A program made the position numbers and the translations under genes. This document shows positions 30,415 to 39,172 of a stretch of DNA of 64,000 nucleotides, one piece after another. The stretch is from Bacilli bacterium. GTDB taxonomy: Bacteria > Bacillota_I > Bacilli_A > RFN20 > CAG-631. Numbering within the stretch: the stretch's first letter is position 1; each line of letters starts with the position of its first letter. The DNA lies in NCBI GenBank assembly GCA_900754115.1, contig CAAEBM010000056.1, positions 2,936 to 66,935 on the forward strand, in the 5' to 3' direction. The notes beneath the pieces are model-generated. The model was given only the letters and a program-made list of their open reading frames with translations, did not search any database and had not been told where the DNA came from.

Positions 30415-31322
30415 CCTTTCAAAGTCCAGTTTCCATAAGCTAAACTTATTTTATCTTCTTTTAATTGTTTTTTCAAGGCTGCTAAATTTTGAAATTTCAT
30501 CTCTGGTCGATGAAAATATAAGAAAGTGACATGTAACATTTGTCCATAGATATCTTGATTGAAGTTTAAAAGGTGTACTTCTATTTTTTGACTTTGATCA
30601 TGGTCAATTGTTGGATTGGTTCCAACATTAATCATTGCTTTATAGGTTTGGTTTTGATATTGAGCATAGCCAAAATAAACGCCTTGTTTTAAATAAAGAG
30701 GGTATTTGATTTGCAAATTTGCAGTTTTACAATCTAACGTTCTTCCTAGTTCTTTACCATGTAATACTATAGAATCAAGACTAAAGGGAAAATATAAATA
30801 CTGATTGGCTTGTGTGATTTTTCCTTGGGCAAATAATTGTTTAATAAAAGAAGAAGATATTTTTTGATTTTGATCTAAAACATCATCAATTTGTTCGACA
30901 GGAATGAATGGGTTTAAATCCTTTCCCTTTTTTAAATCCTTGCCAAAGGTAAAATCATTTCCACAAAATATGCGACAAACTTTCAAAGGGAGAAGAATTT
31001 TAAAAATAAACTCCTCCCCTTTTAAATTTAAAATCGCACTGGAATTTTTTATAATATAAACTACTTCAATTCCTAATTGCAAAAAGGCTTCTAGTTTTTT
31101 TTCTTGTTGACATAAAGGAGTCGTCTTTTTTAAAAAGAAATTGCAATCATCTGAAAAAGTGATAACAATGGCTTGTTTATGATCTTTTTTTGCCTTTGCG
31201 ACACATTGTTTTATAATTTTTTGATGTCCGATATGAACGCCATCAAAAAAACCAATGCAACAATAGCTTTCTAAAGCATTATGAAAAAAGTCTTGAATTT
31301 GATTAATGAAGATGGTTTTCAT
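30411..31322 (-). CDS. ribF: bifunctional riboflavin kinase / FMN adenylyltransferase
   Basis: GFFDGVHIGHQKII (FAD synthetase HxGH) and a C-terminal riboflavin kinase region (GKELGRT...PTANL-like, MINVGTNPT). The start is probably MKTIF at 31322. Confidence 0.9.
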   Translation of the reverse strand: MKTIFINQIQDFFHNALESYCCIGFFDGVHIGHQKIIKQCVAKAKKDHKQAIVITFSDDCNFFLKKTTPLCQQEKKLEAFLQLGIEVVYIIKNSSAILNLKGEEFIFKILLPLKVCRIFCGNDFTFGKDLKKGKDLNPFIPVEQIDDVLDQNQKISSSFIKQLFAQGKITQANQYLYFPFSLDSIVLHGKELGRTLDCKTANLQIKYPLYLKQGVYFGYAQYQNQTYKAMINVGTNPTIDHDQSQKIEVHLLNFNQDIYGQMLHVTFLYFHRPEMKFQNLAALKKQLKEDKISLAYGNWTLKG

Positions 31323-32172
31323 AATAAAATCCCCTTGCACAAGTATAATAATGTGTTTTTTCTTTTTTATAAATAGCTAAAGCATTTTTCTTTTCATCTA
31401 CCCATAAAATAAAGTTTTCGTCACTTTCATAATTGATGGGTTTTCCATCTTTGATTTGTAAAAATAATTCTTTAGAAGGTTGTGCACAAAAAAAAGGAAC
31501 GGCTTGATAAATAGGAAGGAAGTGAACGAGTTGTAATTGATTTAAGAATTGGGCTTGACTGAGGTCAAAATGACCAATATTAGTACGAGTTAAAGCTGTT
31601 AAATGACCAAGCATATTTAATTTTTTAGCGATTTCTTCACCTAATACTCGAACATAGGTCCCTTTAGAACAGACGACTTTGAATTGAATCCAATCTTTTT
31701 TAAAATCAATAAGTTGCAGTTTATCAATTTGTATTTCTCTGGCTTTTCGTTCAATTTGCACGTTTTGACGGGCCAATTCATATAATTTTTTGCCATTTAC
31801 TTTGATTGCACTATACATGGGTGGAATTTGCTTTTGTTTTCCTAAAAAAGAGTGAAAAACCTCTTCAATTTGTTCTTGAGTAAAAGGTAATATAGGTTGT
31901 GTGTTTACAATTTCTCCCGTTTTATCTAAAGTCGAAGTTTGACTTCCTAGTTTTAAAGTGGCAATATAAGTCTTTTTTTCAAATTCTAAATAAGGTAAAA
32001 TTTTTGTTCCTTGATTTATACCAAGAATTAATAACCCTGTAGCAAAAGGATCTAAAGTTCCACAATGACCTACTTTTTTTACACCAAGTTTCTTTTTGAC
32101 AATTTGACAGACATCTTGACTAGTGTAACCTTCTTCTTTATGAATTAATACAATTCCATCCATGGTCTTCAT
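31303..32172 (-). CDS. truB: tRNA pseudouridine(55) synthase
   Basis: MDGIVLIHKEEGYTSQDV...GHCGTLDPFATGLL (catalytic Asp motif). The long N-terminal extension in the track ORF is rejected; the start is at 32172 or 32163. Confidence 0.9.
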   Translation of the reverse strand: MKTMDGIVLIHKEEGYTSQDVCQIVKKKLGVKKVGHCGTLDPFATGLLILGINQGTKILPYLEFEKKTYIATLKLGSQTSTLDKTGEIVNTQPILPFTQEQIEEVFHSFLGKQKQIPPMYSAIKVNGKKLYELARQNVQIERKAREIQIDKLQLIDFKKDWIQFKVVCSKGTYVRVLGEEIAKKLNMLGHLTALTRTNIGHFDLSQAQFLNQLQLVHFLPIYQAVPFFCAQPSKELFLQIKDGKPINYESDENFILWVDEKKNALAIYKKEKTHYYTCARGFYYENHLH

Positions 32173-32281
32173 CCTTTCTTTTTTATTATAAAGCAATTTT
32201 ATGATTTTGCCAATGAAGGGAAAAGGAAAAATTCCCTTTTTTTTCTGTTTTTGATATAATAAAAAACCAGAGGTGTTGAAG

Positions 32282-33154
32282 ATGTCTTTAAGAAAAGTAT
32301 TAGGAGCCATCCGTCAAGCCGATCAAGATTTTGGCTTGATTGATGATCATGATAAAATTGCGGTTGGAATCTCAGGTGGAAAGGATTCAATTGTTCTTTT
32401 GTATGCTTTATCTTTATATCAAAAGTTTTGTCCTCATCCTTTTGAAATTGTTGGAATTCACATCAGTCTTGGTTTTCCTGATATGGATTTTTCTGCAACA
32501 AAAGCATTTTGTCAACAACATCAAATTGAATTTGTGGAATGCCCTAGTGATGTCTATGAAATTTTAAAATTAAATTTAAGAAAAAATGGTATGTTAGAAT
32601 GTTCTATTTGTTCGCGAATGAAAAAAGCGTTAGTAATTAAGGCTGCTAAAGAACTCCATTGTAATAAAGTGGCTTTTGCTCATCACGTTGATGATGCGAT
32701 TGAAACGCTTTTTTTAAATATGATTTATGGTGGAAGAATTGCAACTTTTGATCCCATTATGCAGCTTACAAAAAGTGATATTACTTTTATTCGCCCTTTA
32801 ATTTATGCTAGAGAAAAAGACATTTTAAGAGCGCAAAAAAAAGAAAATCTTCCAGTGGTCATTTCAACTTGTCCCAATGATAAACACACCCAAAGAGAAG
32901 ATATCAAACAACTTTTACAGCAAATTTATCACACTTATCCTAGTGCTTATGATAATTTTAAATATATGTTATCGAACACGTCTAAAATGAAAGTTTTTCA
33001 TAAAAATCCTAAATTAAATCACGCTTTGATGGAATATTATAAATTATTTGATCAACCTTTTCCTATCTATTTATTTTCCATGGATGAACAAGCTCTTTTA
33101 TCATTAGTTGAAGAATGTATTGAAAAACAGATGCCTTTTTCTTCAAAAAGTTAG
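32282..33154 (+). CDS. PP-loop ATPase, TtcA-like tRNA 2-thiocytidine synthase family
   Basis: ISGGKDS PP-loop, CSICSRMKK cysteine motif and AFAHHVDD. AGAGGTG RBS 6 nt before ATG 32282. Confidence 0.8.
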   Translation: MSLRKVLGAIRQADQDFGLIDDHDKIAVGISGGKDSIVLLYALSLYQKFCPHPFEIVGIHISLGFPDMDFSATKAFCQQHQIEFVECPSDVYEILKLNLRKNGMLECSICSRMKKALVIKAAKELHCNKVAFAHHVDDAIETLFLNMIYGGRIATFDPIMQLTKSDITFIRPLIYAREKDILRAQKKENLPVVISTCPNDKHTQREDIKQLLQQIYHTYPSAYDNFKYMLSNTSKMKVFHKNPKLNHALMEYYKLFDQPFPIYLFSMDEQALLSLVEECIEKQMPFSSKS

Positions 33155-33167
33155 TTTTGTTAAGTAA

Positions 33168-33207
33168 AAAAACAAGCAAAACCTAAATTTTTGCTTGTTT
33201 TCTTTTT
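33168..33207. terminator. terminator hairpin between convergent genes
   Basis: AAACAAGCAAAA-N7-TTTTGCTTGTTT 12-bp stem followed by a T-rich tail. Confidence 0.75.
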
Positions 33208-33244
33208 TGTGTATGGAAGATATACATCTTTACTAAGTATAAAA

Positions 33245-34450
33245 TTATGACAGTAGAAAATCTAAAAGATTGACAATCTTTATGCCATTTATATTGGTGA
33301 CATAAGTTTTATCTGTGGTGATGATCGTTTTTTCATAAAAATCATTGGTAAAACGGAAGGCGGCTATTTCTCGCTCCTGCGTAATTTTATCGGCAAGCGT
33401 TTCAGTAACTTGAAAATAGCGGGTTTCTTCTTTGTTTATTGCTACAAAGTCGATTTCCTTGTTGTCGTTTTTTCCAACATAAACTTGATAACCACGACGC
33501 AAAAGTTCTAAATATACAACGTTTTCTATCGAATGTCCATAATTTTTAAGCGAATATCCAACTATCGTATTCTTTAAACCTGTATCAGCAAGGTAATATT
33601 TTTCAAGTGATTTTAATACCTCTTTCCCTTTCACATCATATCGGTTAGCTTTATAAATAATAAACGCATTTTCAAGCATTTCAAGAATATTGCCAATCGT
33701 TGCGGGGCGTAGTGATTTATCAAGTTTTGCTTCGTTTGCAATATATTTTGCCATACTATTCGTCGAAGTAATGCTGCCAACATTTCCACAAACAAAAGCA
33801 TAAACTCGTTTTAAAAGGTCAATGTCTTTAAGTTTATTGCGACCAAGCACATCTTTAAGAATTATAGTATCGTAAACGCTAGATAAAAATGAACTTATTG
33901 TTTGTTCATCTTGTGGAAGCGACAATAATTGTGGCAAGCCACCATATTTGAGGTAGTTATTAAATAGTTCTTCTTTGTCCTTTCCTGTATTGCAATAGTA
34001 ACTATAATATTCTTTGAAGGACAAAGGTAACATTTTGATTTCTACATATCTGCCTGATATTAAAGTCGCCAATTCAGAAGAAAGCAAATAAGCATTGGAT
34101 CCCGTAACATAAATATCTGCATCGTATTCAAGTGAAAGTGAATTAATCGTTTTTTCCCACCCATTCACCTGTTGAATTTCATCAAAAAACAAGTAGTTCT
34201 TTTTGTCAGACAGCATTTTTTTGGTTACTAAATCATAGAGTTGTTTGTAAGAACGAATAGTATCATACTTCATTAATTCAAAATTGATGTATTGTATTTG
34301 TTCGGATTGAACGCCACTTTGCAGCAACTCATCACGAAACATTTCCAAAAGCGTTGATTTACCTGAACGACGCAAACCTGTAATTACTTTGATTATTTTG
34401 TTGTCTTTGAACGCTTTTAAACGTTGCATATATTCTTTTCTGTATATCAT
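33245..34450 (-). CDS. AAA-domain ATPase with a DUF4143-type C-terminal domain
   Basis: 401 aa. Walker A GLRRSGKST, Walker B LFFDEIQ, and a C-terminal PD-(D/E)xK-like region (EIDFV). This architecture is common in accessory regions. Confidence 0.8.
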   Translation of the reverse strand: MIYRKEYMQRLKAFKDNKIIKVITGLRRSGKSTLLEMFRDELLQSGVQSEQIQYINFELMKYDTIRSYKQLYDLVTKKMLSDKKNYLFFDEIQQVNGWEKTINSLSLEYDADIYVTGSNAYLLSSELATLISGRYVEIKMLPLSFKEYYSYYCNTGKDKEELFNNYLKYGGLPQLLSLPQDEQTISSFLSSVYDTIILKDVLGRNKLKDIDLLKRVYAFVCGNVGSITSTNSMAKYIANEAKLDKSLRPATIGNILEMLENAFIIYKANRYDVKGKEVLKSLEKYYLADTGLKNTIVGYSLKNYGHSIENVVYLELLRRGYQVYVGKNDNKEIDFVAINKEETRYFQVTETLADKITQEREIAAFRFTNDFYEKTIITTDKTYVTNINGIKIVNLLDFLLS

Positions 34451-34734
34451 GACTTTGCTCCTTTTGAAATAATTATATGCAAAAAGTAAAATAAAATCAA
34501 TAGTTTTTACTTTATAGAGTAAAAACTTTTTAAATAATACAAATTTTTACAAAAAATATACAAAAACTTTTTATTTATTTTAGTTTATTTTTGATATTTT
34601 TAAAACTTGATTTTGTAAACTTAGTTTTGTAGGTAAAATCCCAATTTTCATTTTCATCCTATATTCACCCAAAAAAAACATAAAAACACACATATGGTTT
34701 AGTGTAGTTGATTTCTATGGAAGTAGGTGAATCT

Positions 34735-35193
34735 ATGAACAATGGAAATTATACAAACTGCTGTGGTGCTTGTTGTCCTGAAGTGAGCTGTACATTATCA
34801 CAAAATGTCGATGTTTTAGAACCTTGTGACATTATTACTTATACAGCTACTTGTATCAATAATGATCCACTAGTAACGAATGCTGTTTTTAGAGATTGTT
34901 TACCAGCACCATTAGTCTTTATTCCTGGAACATTGTACATCAACGGTGTCAATTATCCAACCTTAAGTCCAGAAACAGGATTGCCAATTTCGTTTGCAGC
35001 TTTAGGTAATTCAATTACAATTACCTACATGGCTAGAGCCTATGGAGATAGTTGCTGTTGTGTTAAAACAACCAACTGTGAATGTTGTCGTACTTTTAAA
35101 ACAGTATGCAACAGAGCGCAATTATGCTTTATTCAATGCTGCTGCCGTAAAACGGTATATACCAATGTTTTAGGAGTTCAAGTTGAGTATTAA
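34735..35193 (+). CDS. cysteine-rich small protein with a central DUF11-like beta-domain
   Basis: 152 aa from ATG 34735, with AGGTG 6 nt upstream. 19 Cys clustered at both ends (NCCGACCPEVSC; SCCCV, NCECC, QCCCR). The central DIITYTATCINNDPLVTNAVFRDCLPAPLVFIPGTLYING matches the DUF11 conserved-repeat pattern. Confidence 0.75.
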   Translation: MNNGNYTNCCGACCPEVSCTLSQNVDVLEPCDIITYTATCINNDPLVTNAVFRDCLPAPLVFIPGTLYINGVNYPTLSPETGLPISFAALGNSITITYMARAYGDSCCCVKTTNCECCRTFKTVCNRAQLCFIQCCCRKTVYTNVLGVQVEY

Positions 35194-35211
35194 TCCAAAG
35201 TTTACTACGTT

Positions 35212-35241
35212 AAAAGAGATGAAAATTCATCTCTTTTTTTA
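35212..35241 (+). terminator. terminator of the Cys-rich gene
   Basis: AGAGATGAA/TTCATCTCT stem followed by a T7 run. Confidence 0.7.
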
Positions 35242-35256
35242 GTAAAAAAAGATAAA

Positions 35257-35297
35257 TAAAAGTATATACTCATTTATTTCAAGTATATACTTTTTTT
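35257..35297. terminator. terminator hairpin for the convergent minus-strand gene
   Basis: The self-complementary 10-mer AGTATATACT occurs twice, 11 nt apart, flanked by A and T runs. Confidence 0.6.
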
Positions 35298-35318
35298 AAA
35301 AAGATAGTAAATTAAAGT

Positions 35319-36521
35319 TTAAGCAATCTCAGCTTTTTTTGATTGTATTTTATTCCCAATAAGCCACAAAACTCCTGCAATAAGTTGAAAAGCAAAAGAT
35401 AGGATAGTTGGTAAATAATCTATTTCCACAATGAAAAACTCCTCCTTTTGAGCTTTTAAATCGTCATATATATCAGTTAACATTTGTTGAGTAAGCATAA
35501 AAATGAGAGAAAAATATATTATTGTAACTAATAAAAATGAACAAATTAACCAATAATTGATAGGTTTAGGTTCTATTTGAATTAGCATTTTTGAAAAATA
35601 TACGAGTGCTATTGTTTGTAAGATAAAATATAATGGTGCAATATAATATAAAAATTCTTCATTAGAAAAATCTGCAATGTGTTGAAGTGAACTATAGTGA
35701 ATGTTACCAAAATTAGAAGTTATTTCATAAACTTTATCCGAAAGGATAATAAAAGATAAAATAATTAAACTTATTCCTATTCCATTAAGAAAACAACGAG
35801 AAATCAAAAATTTTTCATTGATTTCTTTAGCATAAGAAAGATAGTAAAAAACTAACGCTCCAAATATTAACAATATAGTCAAAATAAAATAGATTATTCC
35901 TGCAGTGCCTAAAGAAACATCTTCGGGTGTAGAACCATATAACATTATTTTTTGATAAAAATAAAAAGTAATAAAACAGAAAAAACTAATGAATGCAATC
36001 CACAAAGAATGCTTTGAACAATTATCGGATAAAGCATTTTTAATAAAATAAAAGATTGCTAAAATCAATAAAATAACAAAGGCTATTAATGTAAATATGG
36101 AAAAGTAAAAAGAGGAGTTTACAAGATATTTTAAATTAGGCCGAGATTTTCCTATATTTAATAAATCTGTCAAAAAATAAGTGATATTATAGTTTTTTTC
36201 AATGATAAATCCACCATTGAAATCTATTATTTTCATAAAGGGAGTAAAAAGAGAAATAAAAGATAAAATAACAATTAAAAAAGATAAAATTGAACTAATG
36301 ATAGATAATGAATTTGTTTTTTTTGAAGGTAAAGGAGCAATTCTTTTTTCTATTTTTAAAACAGAAAGATGACATTTAGGACAATTATTATCCTGTTCTA
36401 GCAAGGCTTCCCCACAATAGGGGCAAAAATTATGTATTTTTTTCTTTAAAGTTTCTCCACAAATTGGACAATAACTAAATTCATCAGAATATTCTTTCTG
36501 ACACTGATTACAAATTTTCAT
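35319..36521 (-). CDS. double zinc-ribbon domain polytopic membrane protein
   Basis: 400 aa. N-terminal CNQC...CPIC and CPYC...CPKC (two zinc ribbons) followed by about 9 predicted TM helices. Confidence 0.7.
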   Translation of the reverse strand: MKICNQCQKEYSDEFSYCPICGETLKKKIHNFCPYCGEALLEQDNNCPKCHLSVLKIEKRIAPLPSKKTNSLSIISSILSFLIVILSFISLFTPFMKIIDFNGGFIIEKNYNITYFLTDLLNIGKSRPNLKYLVNSSFYFSIFTLIAFVILLILAIFYFIKNALSDNCSKHSLWIAFISFFCFITFYFYQKIMLYGSTPEDVSLGTAGIIYFILTILLIFGALVFYYLSYAKEINEKFLISRCFLNGIGISLIILSFIILSDKVYEITSNFGNIHYSSLQHIADFSNEEFLYYIAPLYFILQTIALVYFSKMLIQIEPKPINYWLICSFLLVTIIYFSLIFMLTQQMLTDIYDDLKAQKEEFFIVEIDYLPTILSFAFQLIAGVLWLIGNKIQSKKAEIA

Positions 36522-36663
36522 ATTTCCTCCTATTAAATGTTTTCTTTAATTTTAATTTAACATACCACTTGAAATAAAACAAGAGCGAATACAGAGTTGT
36601 CAAAAAAAATTAAAAAGTTTATGATAATTATAGGAGGGATAGTTTTTTAACTATTGAAAAAAA

Positions 36664-38523
36664 ATGAAATCAAAATGGCGTTTAGTTTTAGTATTCTTTT
36701 TGATGTTAGTTGTGACCGCTTGTAATCAAACGAATACTTCATCATCTAATTCGGTGTCTTATCCTTCAATGAGTGGAAGCAGTACATCTTCAACACAAGG
36801 TGGACAAACCATTCAAGATTGGGAACAAGAGGATAAAGATTTAATGATTGAGATTGTTAGTGAAGTCATTCCTGTCGCTCCTTTAACTTCTAATTATCTT
36901 TGTATTAGCGATGAAGATGAATATGGTCCTTATCTTTATATTTATGATGAACAATCACCTGACATTAGCGAAGAATACAGTGACATTCTTATTGCAAATG
37001 GTTATCTTTATGATAGTTTTTCTGAAGGATATTATTTTTATTACAAGGAAGTTTCTGAAGAATCTCTTTTGATATTACAATTTGGTTATTATCCAGGGGA
37101 TAGTGATTATCCTGCTTCAATGGATCTTTTTGCTTGGTTAGAAGGAAATACTTCATCTTTAGAAACGATTACAAGCTGGGATCAAGAATTACTAGATATG
37201 ATGCAAGAAGTATTATCCACTCCACTTCCAGTTGCTTCTTTAACCAAGCAATATGATTATATGAATTATGTAGATGATGTAGGAGATAATATCGTTTACA
37301 TTTATGATCTTTACGTGGATGATATCAGCAATGAATATGCAAAAACATTAGAAGAAAACGGATATATTTTAGAAGAAGAAGGAACTGAAGATGAACCCTA
37401 TTTTCTTTATTCTATCCTAATCGCTGATGCTCAAATTTATGTGCAAATTGATTATTTTTATGGCTTTGAAATCTTTGCATGGAAAAATCAAAATTTAATT
37501 ACTTCTTTAACACAATGGCCAACGCAAGAAATCGAAAACGTGTTACAAGGTTTGAATTTGACAATTCCAGCTTATTTAGATGCTTCTTCTTATCGATTTG
37601 AACTTTATGATGCAACTGCATATTCAATGATGATTTCTGTATGTGAAGTGCAATCGGAAGCATTAACAATTTACAATCAAATTTTAACAACTGCTGAATG
37701 GACAATTATTGAAGAAAAAGAAACAGGGAATGTGGCTTTAGATCCTTCTCAACAATATATCTTGGAATACTGGTATGACCAAGATAATCAAATGTTATGT
37801 ATTTATTTTGATACCTATGGAAGTGTGCCAGTTTTATCTTGGCCTGCACAACAATTAGTACAATTTTTAAAGCTTCAAGATGTCGTTGTACCAGCGTTTT
37901 CTTCTACATCTTATTTGATTGAAAATCAAATTCAATCCTTTGTTATTTATGCTAGCGCCTCTTCTATTGACAGTGAAGACATTTATTTACAAACATTAAA
38001 AGACCAACTTTGGGTAGTGGATTCATCACAATATGAAACCCTTGGTCATATTGCAATTGATTCAACCAATCAAGTGCAATTAACTTTTTATTATAGCAAT
38101 TCTTATCTTATCATCACAGTAGAAAGAATTATTGAAGTAAAAGAAACACTTCGCCTTTTACCAACTGATTTTTCTAGCCAAAGTTATGCAGCAAATGAAG
38201 GAGAAGTTACCATTCAAGAAATTCGTTTTACTTGTCATAATGTAATGAATCAACAAGGAAAAATTCAAATAAAAAAATCAAATAATGATGAAGATTCCTA
38301 TTTTTATAATAATGATGCTTTGAATTTAGTTTCTCTTCAATTAGAAAATCTTTTTGGAAGTCCAACGATTTATGGTTGTTATTCAGCCGGAGACTATACA
38401 AATGGTGTGGCAATTGAAGCCGATGAAAATGGTGTGTATTCTCTTTATAGTTTTAATTATTTTTGTATTGTAAGTGGAACAGGTGTAACCACCATGAGTG
38501 AATTAATTATAGAATTAGCCTAA
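36664..38523 (+). CDS. lipoprotein with four tandem divergent ~105-aa repeats
   Basis: 619 aa. Lipobox VVTAC and a Ser/Thr-rich linker. Repeat starts are DWEQEDKDLMIEIVSEVIPVAPLT, SWDQELLDMMQEVLSTPLPVASLT, QWPTQEIENVLQGLNLTIPAYLD and SWPAQQLVQFLKLQDVVVPAFSS. Confidence 0.75.
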   Translation: MKSKWRLVLVFFLMLVVTACNQTNTSSSNSVSYPSMSGSSTSSTQGGQTIQDWEQEDKDLMIEIVSEVIPVAPLTSNYLCISDEDEYGPYLYIYDEQSPDISEEYSDILIANGYLYDSFSEGYYFYYKEVSEESLLILQFGYYPGDSDYPASMDLFAWLEGNTSSLETITSWDQELLDMMQEVLSTPLPVASLTKQYDYMNYVDDVGDNIVYIYDLYVDDISNEYAKTLEENGYILEEEGTEDEPYFLYSILIADAQIYVQIDYFYGFEIFAWKNQNLITSLTQWPTQEIENVLQGLNLTIPAYLDASSYRFELYDATAYSMMISVCEVQSEALTIYNQILTTAEWTIIEEKETGNVALDPSQQYILEYWYDQDNQMLCIYFDTYGSVPVLSWPAQQLVQFLKLQDVVVPAFSSTSYLIENQIQSFVIYASASSIDSEDIYLQTLKDQLWVVDSSQYETLGHIAIDSTNQVQLTFYYSNSYLIITVERIIEVKETLRLLPTDFSSQSYAANEGEVTIQEIRFTCHNVMNQQGKIQIKKSNNDEDSYFYNNDALNLVSLQLENLFGSPTIYGCYSAGDYTNGVAIEADENGVYSLYSFNYFCIVSGTGVTTMSELIIELA

Positions 38524-39143
38524 TGGATAGTAAAGATTTAACCCTTGATTATTTACCTCAAAAAGAAAATATCAAACTTTACCAACATCAACAGATGTTT
38601 AGAATCAACACTGATACGGGATTGTTAGGTAATTATTTAAAAATACCACAAAAAGCCCGTGTATTAGACATTGGTACAAATAATGGAGCATTATTATTAT
38701 ATGCTTCCACTTTTCCTTATCAAGAATTAGTCGGTATTGATATTCAACCGATGGCAATTGAAATTGCAAAGCTAAATATGGAATTAAACCATATCACAAA
38801 TTATCGATTATATCAAAAAAATATTAAAGATTTTAAAGATGATGAAGGCTTTGATGTCATTCTTTGTAATCCACCTTATTTTCACCAGCATACCTGCAAT
38901 CAAAATCAAACATTATCCATCGCTAGGCATGATGAAAATTTACCTATTGAAACGTTGTTTTTTAAAGTTTTTCAGTTATTAAAAAAGACAGGGAAATTTT
39001 ATTTTATTTATCGTTATGATCAATACAAAAGAATAATTCAAGAAATACAAAAAAATCATTTAGAAATTGTCGATAAAAAAGAGGTTTTTAGTAAACCTCA
39101 AAAAATTAAAACGATTTTACTAACAATCAAAAAGCAAATATAA
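38523..39143 (+). CDS. SAM-dependent methyltransferase, tRNA1(Val) m6A37 (YfiC/TrmN6)-like
   Basis: 206 aa. SAM motif VLDIGTNNGAL and the N6-adenine catalytic motif NPPYF. The start overlaps the upstream stop (TAATG). Confidence 0.75.
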   Translation: MDSKDLTLDYLPQKENIKLYQHQQMFRINTDTGLLGNYLKIPQKARVLDIGTNNGALLLYASTFPYQELVGIDIQPMAIEIAKLNMELNHITNYRLYQKNIKDFKDDEGFDVILCNPPYFHQHTCNQNQTLSIARHDENLPIETLFFKVFQLLKKTGKFYFIYRYDQYKRIIQEIQKNHLEIVDKKEVFSKPQKIKTILLTIKKQI

Positions 39144-39172
39144 AATCCGCTACAAAAATAGCGGATTTTTTT
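39142..39172. terminator. bidirectional terminator
   Basis: AAAATCCGCTA-CAAAAA-TAGCGGATTTT 11-bp stem followed by a T-run. Confidence 0.8.

Noticed and set aside
32173-32390. N-terminal extension of truB, plus ORFs 32199-32390 (-) and 32340-32567 (+)
   Set aside because: The truB extension is not part of the conserved TruB N-terminus and would overlap the divergent TtcA-like gene's promoter and start. The other two ORFs overlap real genes out of frame and have implausible composition.
34660-34690. Poly-A runs (e.g. A9 near 34673, and many A7-A9 runs elsewhere) as additional slipped-strand switches
   Set aside because: A and T homopolymers of this length are ubiquitous in this AT-rich sequence, both inside and outside genes. 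Unlike the two G runs, they are not statistically remarkable or consistently placed between promoter hexamers.
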